From: an uncultured bacterium | GTDB lineage: Bacteria; Desulfobacterota_D; UBA1144; Nemesobacterales; UBA2774 | DNA: 64,000 nt | NCBI GenBank assembly: GCA_963705505.1 | Contig: CAVPJU010000005.1 | Coordinates: 10,472 to 74,471 of the forward strand | Direction: 5' to 3' | Part shown: piece by piece, positions 10,003 to 20,074 of the stretch | Layout of the letters: each line of letters begins with the position of its first letter | Position numbering within the stretch: position 1 is the stretch's first letter | Position numbers and translations under genes: made by a program | The notes under the pieces: model-generated | Databases searched by the model: none | Told to the model about the DNA's origin: nothing | What the model saw: only the letters and a program-made list of their open reading frames with translations

Positions 10003-10275
10003 TTAATTACAGATGGTGTATTTCGTGCAGAGGATGTTTCTGTAATAGCGGCTGACAAAGCTCTGGTCGGTGAAAACCGGGGGCTTGAGGTATGCGACTG
10101 TGGTCCGTGCGGACGAGGCCGGTTCCTTGCCGTCTGCGGGTATGACGTATATGTACGAGATGCTGTTGTTCGGGTAGGCGGTATAGACTATGACCTGATC
10201 GGCCGTTTCCATTGCCTGTGCCAGGACCGGAACCGACAACAATCCAATTATCAATATTAATATTAATTTCTTCAT
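10003..10275 (-). CDS. Small secreted hypothetical protein
   Basis: MKKLILILIIGLL signal peptide. Confidence 0.55.
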   Translation of the reverse strand: MKKLILILIIGLLSVPVLAQAMETADQVIVYTAYPNNSISYIYVIPADGKEPASSARTTVAYLKPPVFTDQSFVSRYYRNILCTKYTICN

Positions 10276-10491
10276 AACCCTATCCCTAAACAAATACCCC
10301 TTTTCAATTATTGTCAATATCTCACTAAATATTACGGCGCAAAATTGTAAACGGATTCAAAATAATTGTTACCTGGGGGGTATATTCGCCCGCATCCCGG
10401 ACTTCCCCGCTCCCAATGGGAATGAAATACTATCAGTCGGAGGAGAAGCGCGGAAACCGTATATGACCGCAGATTCTATGTTTTTTAGGTT

Positions 10492-11223
10492 TTACTCGTA
10501 CTTAAAGACCGTGTAGAGATCGGTGGGGTCGGTATAGACTTCTTCGGCTGTGCCGAAGCCCGCTTCCCTGCCGAGGCGTATCCATTCGGAGGGCTGCTCC
10601 GGAATGTCCGATTTCTTAACGTGGTCAAAGACGATGCCGAGCTCTTCGGGCGTGAGGTCGATCCACGTACGCTTTACGATTCCGCTGAACCTGTCGAAGT
10701 ACGTGGTCCTGTCCTCGCCTTCCGTGAGCGTGGGCTCGAATATGAGGAAGACTCCGTCTTTGGGGAGTGTTTTTCTCACCTTCGCCATGAACCTCCCCTT
10801 TTCTTCAGTCTCCAGGTGGTGGACTGACAACCCGACCCAGACGACGTCGGGCTGCGTTTCCATGTACGTGTCGAACTGCTCGAAGTCGCCGGTGATGAGG
10901 CTGTGTTTCGCCGGGAGTCTTTCGAGCTCCTTCTCGGCGAGCTCGAGCGCCCATTCGGAAAGGTCGATGCCCGTGTATTCGCGGACTTTGGTATCGCGGA
11001 GACAGCGAGAGGAGAAATAGGCGTCCCCGCACGCGAGGTCGGCGAAAGAGAAGGGGCGGTCGATTTCGGAGTTCAGTATATCGCGGAGCCTCCCGTATGC
11101 GGCTTTGTGGGACATGTAGTCGTGCTCGAGCACCTTCCTGTATATGTCCCAGTGGCGGCGGAATATTTCCGTTACCTCTTCCTGCGAGTGTCCGTTCTTG
11201 AGCGGGTGATGGAATCCCGGCAT
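10492..11223 (-). CDS. Class I SAM-dependent methyltransferase
   Basis: DLACGD motif I, GIDLS, SVHHL; GGAGG RBS. Confidence 0.9.
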   Translation of the reverse strand: MPGFHHPLKNGHSQEEVTEIFRRHWDIYRKVLEHDYMSHKAAYGRLRDILNSEIDRPFSFADLACGDAYFSSRCLRDTKVREYTGIDLSEWALELAEKELERLPAKHSLITGDFEQFDTYMETQPDVVWVGLSVHHLETEEKGRFMAKVRKTLPKDGVFLIFEPTLTEGEDRTTYFDRFSGIVKRTWIDLTPEELGIVFDHVKKSDIPEQPSEWIRLGREAGFGTAEEVYTDPTDLYTVFKYE

Positions 11224-11309
11224 TTGTGAGTCCTCCGTGTGAATTTCACGTAATAATACTGCCGGTCGGTGAGGAGGGGAAGGGGATTGATAATGTTCGG
11301 GGTTTATTC

Positions 11310-12335
11310 GTCCTTCGATCCTTCGACTTCGCTCAGGACAGGCTCATTGCTCAGGACGAACGGGTTAAAGACGAGATTGCCGCGCGTCGTTTCACTGCGC
11401 TCGCAAGGACGAAAAAAAATGGAAAAATAATTTCTTCTTTGTCTTGATACAAAGAAGCAAAAATCACACACATAGTGTGGTCTTTCGAAAAGATGGATAA
11501 GAGAGAAGGCAAAAGTATTTTCTTCTTTTCCTTGATGACTCGTCAGGGCGGAGCCTGCCGTAGCCTGGAAAGAAGCAAAAATCACACACGTAGTGTGGTC
11601 TTTCGAAAGACAGCACATAATTGGCTGAAAATATCTGATTCTGGATTGGGATGTTCTCACAGATGAAAATCCTAATGAGCAAAGGTCTAATACACAACAA
11701 AATATATTCAATGAGAAATTAAAAGAGCAGACAAATAAATATATCAAAGACAGTTTCTTCTCGATTTTGAATGATGCAATCAATCCCATTTGTAAGGCGG
11801 TGATTGATCAAAAGTGTGGTCATACTATTAACATAATACATCCTAAGGCATTTGGTGATGAGCACTTGAGACCAGAAATAAAACTCGAAATCGGAGCACG
11901 GGCTTCAATGATGCCTTCCGCTGAATTTACTGTCAAACGTTATGCAGCTGAAGCTTTTCCTAGCGTGTTCGAGCAATTGGAAGTAAATGTTAATGCAATT
12001 AAAGCAGAGAGATCATTTTGGGAAAAGGTTACAATACTGCACGTTGAAGCTCATAGACCTAAAGATAAGGACGTCCGGATCGTTATTCGAGACATTATTA
12101 TGATGTTTATAAGATGCTAGGGACTCAAGCAGCAACTAATGCTTTATTGACATCTACCACTGGCGTCCAGTTGTTACGCTTGCTCAGAACCGTTGCTTAC
12201 AATCGTTACTTGCTCGGAATCGTCCCCTAAAACATTTTTCATGCGTTAACAAGCGATTTTCTTAACGCCAATTCTGTGAATGTCGGGGGAAACAGGAAGC
12301 GGATTCGAGTTCTTGAATCAACTTCAGGACAGGCT
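11310..12335 (+). repeat. Intergenic mosaic repeat block interrupted by a foreign gene fragment
   Basis: Left arm ends ~11634; repeat resumes ~12140 inside the innermost nested unit. Confidence 0.85.
11632..12155 (+). pseudogene. Internal fragment of an AbiEii/AbiGii-family nucleotidyltransferase toxin
   Basis: LILDW at the start, KLEIGAR, ERSFWEKVTILH, then after a frameshift RYSRHYYDVY; AT-rich; no start or end of gene. Confidence 0.8.
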
Positions 12336-12344
12336 GGGACGGGG

Positions 12345-13115
12345 TCAGGAGAGTGAAGCGGTTTTGCGGCGGATTACGAATAGCCCGGTTGCGGCGAGTA
12401 TGATTGCCATTACCGCTATGCCCCATTGCGAGAGCGCCGGGACCCGCTGAATGTTCGCGTTCGTGAAATACACCTTCTCGACGGCGTTGAAGCTAAGCTG
12501 CGTAATGAGGTCTGCGTCTATGAAGGTTATCCTTTCGATAAGCGAATCGGAGGTGATCCCGACAAACGTGTCGAAGAGGCTGTCAACCGGCACTGTGGTC
12601 TCGCCGAGCAGAACATTGCCCGCTCCGAAGACCTGCACAAGCATGGTCTGTCCGGTGCACGGCAGTCCGAAGCCCTGATCGAAGAGGCACCCCAGCTCGA
12701 GACCCACCGCATTTACATTATTTCCGGGAAACGTGATCACGCTCTTCTGGAGGGAGCCGTCGGGTAAGAGGACTTTCTCGGGATTCAGGTTCGAGAAAAG
12801 GAACGGCCCGGAAAGGATGGTATCCCCGAAGTCGGGGTCGGTGCTGAACGCTATGCCGGGCAGTATGTCGCCGGGCGAGAAACAATCGTCGTTTGAATTG
12901 CTGTCCACCGGAGTTGCACATCCTTTGATCTCTCCCGTGGCCACGTTGCCGCTTGCGAATGTCTGCAGAAGGAGTCCGGGGTTGTCCTGGATGAACTGTC
13001 CGCGGTTCGACGTGAATGTGACCTCGGCCTGAGATGTATCGGCGCTTATATAAAGCGCGACGGCCGATGAGGCCAGCAGCGTTATAAAGAAGATCGCACC
13101 ACGTATATCCAGCAT
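12345..13115 (-). CDS. IPTL-CTERM sorting-domain protein
   Basis: Signal peptide; C-terminal VPALSQWG + TM + RRK. Confidence 0.85.
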   Translation of the reverse strand: MLDIRGAIFFITLLASSAVALYISADTSQAEVTFTSNRGQFIQDNPGLLLQTFASGNVATGEIKGCATPVDSNSNDDCFSPGDILPGIAFSTDPDFGDTILSGPFLFSNLNPEKVLLPDGSLQKSVITFPGNNVNAVGLELGCLFDQGFGLPCTGQTMLVQVFGAGNVLLGETTVPVDSLFDTFVGITSDSLIERITFIDADLITQLSFNAVEKVYFTNANIQRVPALSQWGIAVMAIILAATGLFVIRRKTASLS

Positions 13116-13204
13116 TCCACTCCTCCTCTAAGATCTTACAATGCCACGATTATACCGAATATGAGGCGTTAATTCAATCCTGCCGGAGCCGGTTACGAGC
13201 TGGA

Positions 13205-13438
13205 TCACTGCTTGATTTCGACGGGGAGGGAGTTGTAAACGGAGCTGCCGTTTACTTCCTCTATGTTGACGTCGAGTACCTTATTTATGCTGCTGCCGTC
13301 GATCTGTTTGAGGTTCACGTCGATGATCCCGGTCGATGCGTCTACGTCCTTCGCTTGAAAAAACGGGTTAAGGAATATGCCCCAGAGCGCGAGCGCAATG
13401 AGGGTCAGGATTATTTTCGTGTAGGTGTCTATTTTCAT
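13205..13438 (-). CDS. Small membrane-anchored hypothetical protein
   Basis: GGAGG RBS; MKIDTYTKIILTLIA; repeated DVN(L/I)..(I/V)(D/N)G. Confidence 0.7.
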   Translation of the reverse strand: MKIDTYTKIILTLIALALWGIFLNPFFQAKDVDASTGIIDVNLKQIDGSSINKVLDVNIEEVNGSSVYNSLPVEIKQ

Positions 13439-13514
13439 GTGATGCCTCCTGTGAATATTTTAACCCGGATCGGGGTGGGTTTGTTGCCGCCTGATGGTGG
13501 GAGGATTTAAAAAT

Positions 13515-14105
13515 GGGAAAAGAAAGGCAAATATATTTCTCTTCTTTTCCTTGATGAAAAGAAGCAAAAATCACAGACTGCACAGAATTGTGCTGAAAAT
13601 ATCTTAATTAACGCTAAAATGTTTTAATTCCTCCCCAATTAGTATTAAGGCTTAGCGAAGCAAGACTCATGACATAATTGCATTTAGCGAATGGCGTCCG
13701 ATTTGTTTTGTTTTCTGCCGCTGCTGAACCAAACATTTGCATTGATGCACTCAGCGTAGGGCGTCCGGTTGTTCGGTTTTTGATTTTTTTACTTGGTGCC
13801 CAATACATTTGCTTTATTGAAATCTACCACTGGCGTCCAGTTCTTACGCTTGCTCAGAACTGTTGCTCACAACCGTTGCTTGCTCGGAATCGTCCCCTAA
13901 AACATTTTTACGCCTTAATAATCTATTTTCTTCACGCAAATTCTGTGAATGTCCTCAAAAAGATGGAGGCTGGGATAGTTGTTCGAAATTGTATGTCCGC
14001 GGGTGCTCACCCGCCGCCAATTCTGTGTATGTCGGGGAAACAAAATATTTTCGAGTATAACGCGTTCCTGCGCCCTGCGATCCTTCGACAAGCTGAGGAC
14101 AGGAA
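13515..14105 (+). repeat. Intergenic mosaic repeat block with triple-nested unit
   Basis: Core ~13576-13953 containing three GCGTCC-hairpin units. Confidence 0.9.
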
Positions 14106-14177
14106 TATAGCGGATAAATGTAAAGAAGAATTTATTCCGGGTTGAAAATGGGGGCGGAAACAAGAATACTTGCTCAG

Positions 14178-14921
14178 ATGAGGACTTTAGTCGTAGGGGA
14201 CATTCACGGGAACCTGAGAGCGTTGAGGCAGGCGTTCGAGCGCTCGGGGTTCGACCCCAAGGCGGACAGGCTCATATCGCTCGGCGACGTATTCGACGGC
14301 CACCCGTATTCCGCGGAGTGCGTCGAGGAGCTGATGAAGGTGAAGGACCTCGTCTGGTGCCTCGGGAACCACGACGCGCTTGCGCTCTCGTGGCTCCGGG
14401 GGGAATGGAAGGGTAAAAAGACGCTCGGCGAGTGGAAGTACGAGGAGCTTGTCATGATCATGTTTTCGTACGGCGGGGGGGAGAAAGAGGCCGACCGTGT
14501 GCGGATGAAGAGGCACGCTGAATTCGCGGGGCGTAAGTGTGTCCGTTACCACATCGATGAAGCGGACAGGTTCTATGTCCACGCGGGCATAGACTGGGAT
14601 TATCCTGTCGGCGAGCAGCCCGACCCCGGCGTTTATTACTACGACAGGAGGACGTACGCGCTGTTCGCGCCGCTTTACGAGATAGGCGGGATGAAGTTCC
14701 CCTACAGGGACGTGTTCGTCGGGCACACGAAGACCATACGCGAGTACCCGGACGGAAAGCCGGTGAGGAAGGCGAACCTCTGGAACCTCGACACGGGCGC
14801 GGGGACGTACGGGAAGCTCACGATAATGGATGCGGATACCTATGAATACTGGCAGAGCGATTGGGGGGAGGGGACGGAAGATGACTATAATTTTATGCTG
14901 AGAAAGAAAAATCTGTCGTGA
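14178..14921 (+). CDS. Calcineurin-like metallophosphoesterase
   Basis: GDIHG, GDVFD, GNHD, HAG, GHT, DTGA motifs. Confidence 0.9.
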   Translation: MRTLVVGDIHGNLRALRQAFERSGFDPKADRLISLGDVFDGHPYSAECVEELMKVKDLVWCLGNHDALALSWLRGEWKGKKTLGEWKYEELVMIMFSYGGGEKEADRVRMKRHAEFAGRKCVRYHIDEADRFYVHAGIDWDYPVGEQPDPGVYYYDRRTYALFAPLYEIGGMKFPYRDVFVGHTKTIREYPDGKPVRKANLWNLDTGAGTYGKLTIMDADTYEYWQSDWGEGTEDDYNFMLRKKNLS

Positions 14922-14954
14922 TGTTTATTTTGTAATGACGGAATAAAAAGACAA

Positions 14955-15217
14955 AGACGAGATTTCCACACTTCGTTTCAATTCGCTTACTACGACAAAG
15001 AAAAGGCAAATATAATTTCTTCTTTGTCTTGATACAAAGAAGCAAAAATCACACACAAAGCGTGGTCTTTCGAAAAGATGGATAAGAGAGAAGGCAAAAG
15101 TATTTCTCTTCTTTTACTTGTCAGGGCGGAGCCTCGACTGAAAGAAGCAAAAATCACACACGTAGTGTGTTTCATGAAAAGACAGCACAGAATTCGCTAA
15201 AAATATCTTATTCCGGC
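14955..15217 (+). repeat. Truncated mosaic repeat (left half only)
   Basis: Two short hairpins and the left arm, ending at TTATTCCGGC. Confidence 0.85.
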
Positions 15218-15481
15218 CCGACCGACGATAACGGCGCGCCCTCGCTGGGGGACCTCGCGAGGGGAGTGGATTTCATAGGCGAGATAGACGGCGGAGGCAG
15301 GGTGTTTATACATTGCTGGGAAGGGATAGGGAGGAGCGCCACAACGGCTGCCGCCTATTTCGTGAGCAGGGGGAGCACGCCTGTAGAGGCATGGAAGAGG
15401 ATTAAAAAAATCAGACCTTTCATCCGCCCGACGAAAACGCAGGTCGAGCGGCTAAACGAATATTCTGAAATACACCTGTGA
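15218..15481 (+). pseudogene. C-terminal half of a dual-specificity protein phosphatase
   Basis: HCWEGIGRS (CX5R) and IKKIRPFIRPT..Q; N-terminus replaced by repeat DNA. Confidence 0.75.
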
Positions 15482-15581
15482 GAATGTCACCCGGGCCCGT
15501 TCGGGGACGTTTAAATCCAAGCTGTTTTTGTCTTTGGAAAAATAAAGGGGCATGTAGGAACACGCCCCTTTTGTTGAATGC

Positions 15582-15839
15582 TTATTTCTTTTTAGCGGCT
15601 GCTTTCTTCTTAGGAGCAGCTTTCTTCGCGGCTGCTTTCTTCTTAGGAGCAGCCTTTTTCGGTGCCGCTTTCTTAGCCGTCGGCTTTTTCTTCGGCGCCG
15701 CTTTCTTCTTTGGAGCCGCTTTCTTAGCCGTCGCCATAAAAGCTACCGAGTGACGAGCCATCTTCGACTTTGAAGCCTTCTTCGCCGGCTTCTTCGCCGT
15801 TTTCTTTGCTGCCTTCTTAGCTGGTTTCTTTGTTGCCAT
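15582..15839 (-). CDS. Histone H1-like Lys/Ala-rich protein
   Basis: KKAA/PKKK repeats, AGGAG RBS, downstream hairpin at 15545-15572. Confidence 0.75.
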   Translation of the reverse strand: MATKKPAKKAAKKTAKKPAKKASKSKMARHSVAFMATAKKAAPKKKAAPKKKPTAKKAAPKKAAPKKKAAAKKAAPKKKAAAKKK

Positions 15840-16181
15840 TTACTGATCTCCTGTTTTAAGTGGATTTTTACAGATAAAAGATAATAGACTGACTACTAAC
15901 ACGGTTGTCTCTCAGCAGGCTTGTTATATCGGGCCGACTATAACTTCTGCTGGTACAAATTGCCCGTCATGCAACGACAACCTTATTGCACTTGTATGAC
16001 GGGGGTCTATTTTCTCATCTATTCAATCCTCCCTTTCAGTGAAATTACTGACATAATACAATACTAGCAGATATTTGTCAAATGTTTTTACCTGTTAATT
16101 TATCTGTCAGCTCTGCTTGATTTCCTTTGACAGAATGTTTATATTTATCGGAGCACTTTTTTAAACCGGAGAACCGGTGTT

Positions 16182-16967
16182 ATGACCGAGAAAAATCCCG
16201 AACCAAAATATAAAGCGCCGTCCGAAGGAATAGCCGGCGGGAAGAGCAAAAAGCGCAGCCCTAATTTTCCATGCATAGATCTTGAAAAGGCGCTGGAGCT
16301 GACAGAGAAGATTTACTCCATCGACAAGAGGGCGCCCATACCGGTCAATCTCCTCATAGCCAGGTGGGGGCTGCCGAAATATAATAGTTATGTCAGGCAG
16401 CTCATTGCGGCCCTTACCTACTACGGATTATTAGAGTCCATGGGGAAGGGGGAGAGCAGGAGGGTGGGCGTTTCGGACAGGGGGTACAGGATACTGGAGA
16501 AGGCCCCCGATAAGGCAAAGCTTCTGAGATCGGCCGCGCTCGAGCCGAAGCTCTTCAATGAGGTATGGCAGCATTACAAAACGAGGGGGCTTCCGAACAA
16601 CGACGTGCTCGAGAGGGACCTAGTCTGGCAGAACAGCTTCGCCAACACGAGATTCACGAAAAACGGGGCTAGGACGTTTATCAACAACCTGAAATCTACC
16701 GTCAATTTCGCTAAAATTTTACCGGACAATATCATGTACGGTGAAGATACGGGGTCGGAAGTCATAGACGTGATGATCCACGAGCAGAGCGGGACGGCCG
16801 CGACCGGGTCGTTCAGGCGGCTCGACCTTACCCTCGGGAGCGGGGAGGTGGCTACGATCCAGATCCCCACATCCATAACCATGAAGGAGATAAGGTACCT
16901 TCAGGACGGCATAAATCTTATAAAAGGGGACCTCTTCCCCGAAACCAAGGACGACGGAAGCAAGTAA
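16182..16967 (+). CDS. Hypothetical protein
   Basis: 261-aa ORF with GGAG RBS; SPNFP..L..AL and ALxxYGLL motifs suggest a winged-helix-like DNA-binding fold (inference). Confidence 0.7.
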   Translation: MTEKNPEPKYKAPSEGIAGGKSKKRSPNFPCIDLEKALELTEKIYSIDKRAPIPVNLLIARWGLPKYNSYVRQLIAALTYYGLLESMGKGESRRVGVSDRGYRILEKAPDKAKLLRSAALEPKLFNEVWQHYKTRGLPNNDVLERDLVWQNSFANTRFTKNGARTFINNLKSTVNFAKILPDNIMYGEDTGSEVIDVMIHEQSGTAATGSFRRLDLTLGSGEVATIQIPTSITMKEIRYLQDGINLIKGDLFPETKDDGSK

Positions 16968-17223
16968 AAACGGGCTTCCCGCGCCTTTTTGCCCCGATAA
17001 CGGGCTCCTCGGTAAAATACCTGTAAAAGCTAAGAGAGCAGAATCTGACAGAAACATCCCTTTCTGACGGACAGGGGCGGCATTAAAAATTCAATGACAA
17101 GGATATGTGAGAGTTGAGCCTCAAAGTTAAAGTAGGACGGGCCGGATTGCGCCTTTTTACAGGGGCTTCAGACAGGTGAGCCCGCCGGGACAGGGGCGGA
17201 AGCCGGATTTGGCGGGGGATTGA

Positions 17224-17980
17224 CCGGGGTAGGGTGACCCCCCATCCTGGCCTCCCCCTACCAGGGGGAAGGAAAAAGCATCATTCCTCGACAGGCGCAG
17301 GGCAAACGAGTTTTAAAGATGAGATTGCCGCGCTGCTTTGCTACATAATAAAGACAAAGAAAAGGCAAAGATATTTATCTTCTTTGTCTTGATACAAAGA
17401 AAATCAGACACAAAGCTGGTCTTTCGAAAAGACGGATAAGAGAGAAGGCAAAGATTTCTCTTCTTTTCCTGATGAAGCAAAAATCACACACGTAGTGTGT
17501 TTCATGAAAAGACAGCACAGAATTTGCTAAAAATATATTATTAAGGCTAAAATCTTTCAATTCCGCCCTAATTAGCATCGTGGTTTACAGTGAAGCAAGA
17601 CTCATGACATTGTTGCATTTGGGCAAGGGCGTCCGATTCGTTTTGTTTTCTGCCGCTGCTGAACCAAACATTTGCATTGATGCACTCAGCGTAGGGCGTC
17701 CGGTTGTTCGGTTTTTGATTTTTTTACTTGGTGCCCAATACATTTGCTTTATTGAAATCTACCACTGGCGTCCAGTTCTTACGCTTGCTCAGAACTGTTG
17801 CTCACAACCGTTCCTACTCGGAATCGTCCCATGAAAGATTTTCACGCCTTAACAATCTATTTTCTTAACGCCAATTCTGTGAATGTCGGGGAAGAGAAAA
17901 AACGAGATCCTGAAACGAGCCTGTCCTGAACTTGATTCAGGGTTCTGGATGACGTCCTTCGACAAGCTCAGGACGAACGG
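17224..17980 (+). repeat. Intergenic mosaic repeat block with triple-nested unit
   Basis: Core 17511-17890. Confidence 0.9.
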
Positions 17981-18046
17981 GTTGACTTCGAATGATGGTT
18001 TTGGAGAAGGAGTATAGAAGGAATCATAGAACACACTATGTGTGCG

Positions 18047-18991
18047 TCAAAGGGGGATGCCGAGGTTGATGAGGGCGTCGCCTTTGCGGACGGCGGGCGC
18101 TGACCTGACGCAGAGCACGTAGCCGCTTCTCCTCGCCTTTAAACTCACCTCTTCCCCGCCTTCGTTTCCGGATATGCTCGCAAGGAGGTCGCCTTTCCTC
18201 ACCCGGGAGCCGCAGCCGATGTGAAGCGAGTAATCGCCTCCGCATTTAGCCCTGACCCAGATTGCCCTGCCTATCACCTTCGTTTCGTTCCTTTCGGGAG
18301 CGCCCGTCCTCGTCATTCCCATGTAATCCATGAGCCTGAGTATTCCGTTCACGCACTCGGAGACAGCGAATTCAGAAAGGCGGCGGGACTCTCCCCCTTC
18401 GTAAACCAGCACGTTCTTGCCAGTGAGCCACGCGGCTTTTCTGAACGTGCCTTCCATGAGCGGGGAGTTCAGTATGAAAGGCGGGGAGAACGCGCGCGCG
18501 AGCTCCATGTTCTCGGGTACGGAGGTATCGCACCGGATGTGGGGGTAGTTCAGACTCGCGCCCCCGGAGTGGAGGTCGATGCCGCAGTCGGCGGCCGGAA
18601 GTATGTTCTGCATGATCGTCCGCGCCATTTTCACGGCTAGCGATCCCGAGGCCGAGCCGGGGAAACCCCTGTTGAGGTCTCTGCCGTCGGGCAGAAAGCG
18701 CGAGGAGTTGAGAAAGCCCCAGACGTTCGCAATCGGAAGGGCGATTACAGTGCCCGCGTCGGGCGCGATCGAGCCGTCGGAGATCATGCGCCTTAACGCT
18801 TCCACTCCGTTGAGCTCGTCCCCGTGGACGCCGGCGGTTATGAGCAGCACGGGGCCCGCTTCTTCACCCCTGAAAACGAAGACCGGCAGGCTGACCGCTC
18901 CGGCCCTCCTGTGGGTCGCGATCTCTATTCCCAGGAACTCCCTCCCGCCCCGCGGGATGAGCTTTCCGTTTATTTTTATATCGCTGCGCAT
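18047..18991 (-). CDS. Succinylglutamate desuccinylase/aspartoacylase (M14) family protein
   Basis: HGDELNG, DLNRGFPG, DLHSG, YEGG motifs; directly downstream of rimK. Confidence 0.9.
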   Translation of the reverse strand: MRSDIKINGKLIPRGGREFLGIEIATHRRAGAVSLPVFVFRGEEAGPVLLITAGVHGDELNGVEALRRMISDGSIAPDAGTVIALPIANVWGFLNSSRFLPDGRDLNRGFPGSASGSLAVKMARTIMQNILPAADCGIDLHSGGASLNYPHIRCDTSVPENMELARAFSPPFILNSPLMEGTFRKAAWLTGKNVLVYEGGESRRLSEFAVSECVNGILRLMDYMGMTRTGAPERNETKVIGRAIWVRAKCGGDYSLHIGCGSRVRKGDLLASISGNEGGEEVSLKARRSGYVLCVRSAPAVRKGDALINLGIPL

Positions 18992-19900
18992 CTATACCTT
19001 TATCCGGTCCCTTCTCAGACTGCGGACGTGGGCGTTATCCTCTATGAATTTAATAATCCTGGACGCTACGTCAACGCCCGTCGCGGTCTCTATGCCTTCG
19101 AGGCCCGGAGACGAGTTGACCTCGAGCACCATCGGGCCTTTCTCAGATTGTAACATGTCCACTCCGGCGACGTTGAGCCCCAGCAGGTTAGCGGCGTTCA
19201 CGGCGGTCTGCCACTCCTGCTTCGTGAGCTTTATCATCTTGGCGCTCCCGCCCCTGTGGAGGTTCGAGCGGAACTCGCCTTCCGAGCCCTGACGCCTCAT
19301 CGCGCCTATGACCTTTCCGCCTACGACGAACGCCCTCACGTCCGAGCCTTTGGATTCCTTAATGAATTCCTGAATCAGCATGTTCGCCTTCACGCCGTAA
19401 AACGCCTCCATGACGGATTTCGCCGCCTTCTTCGTCTCGGCTAGCACGACCCCTATGCCCTGCGTGCCGTGGAGGAGCTTTATGACGACGGGCGCTCCGC
19501 CGACGAGCTCGATAAGGTGGTTGATGTCCGTCGGGTCGGATGCGAACGCCGTGACGGGCATGCCTATCCCGGCGCGCGAGAGTATCTGCATGCTGCGGAG
19601 CTTGTCGCGGGACCTCGCTATGGCCTGCGACTCGTTCACCGAGAAGACGTGCATCATCTCGAACTGCCGGACTACTGCCGTGCCGTAGAACGTGCGCGAT
19701 GCGCCGATGCGGGGGATGACGGCGTCGACGCCCTTTATTTTTTTACCGTAGTGGTATATCTCGGGGTTGCCCCTTTTAATTACCATGTAGCACTTGAGGA
19801 AATCCACTACCTCGACCTCGTGTCCCATCTTCTCCGCAGCCTCGACGAGACGGCGCGTGGAGTAAAGCTTCTTGTTTCTCGAAAGCACGACTATTTTCAT
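18992..19900 (-). CDS. rimK: RimK-family alpha-L-glutamate ligase
   Basis: [47 protein letters not shown]. Confidence 0.95.
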   Translation of the reverse strand: MKIVVLSRNKKLYSTRRLVEAAEKMGHEVEVVDFLKCYMVIKRGNPEIYHYGKKIKGVDAVIPRIGASRTFYGTAVVRQFEMMHVFSVNESQAIARSRDKLRSMQILSRAGIGMPVTAFASDPTDINHLIELVGGAPVVIKLLHGTQGIGVVLAETKKAAKSVMEAFYGVKANMLIQEFIKESKGSDVRAFVVGGKVIGAMRRQGSEGEFRSNLHRGGSAKMIKLTKQEWQTAVNAANLLGLNVAGVDMLQSEKGPMVLEVNSSPGLEGIETATGVDVASRIIKFIEDNAHVRSLRRDRIKV

Positions 19901-20074
19901 AAAAACACTCCTGTGTGTTTTGTACAACGATACGGTTTCTTGAACACCTGTCGATCCGGCAGAGCGCCGGATGATATCTGCGGATGATTGCCTGTCGGGG
20001 ACTTCTCTCGCAATTAGTATGACATAAAAAAGGGGAAGCGGAAACGGGAATTTTTTTGCGGCAGTGGGATGCAG

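Noticed and set aside
11767..12120. ORF as an intact defence toxin
   Set aside because: Lacks the N-terminal catalytic region, is frameshifted and truncated, and has no antitoxin partner
13678..14145. Recurrent ORFs such as MHLANGVRF.., MVYSEARLMT.. and ..HYVCDFCFF.. (also 4848, 17580, 20272, 40062 and minus-strand equivalents)
   Set aside because: They are translations of the repeat; frames, starts and stops differ between copies
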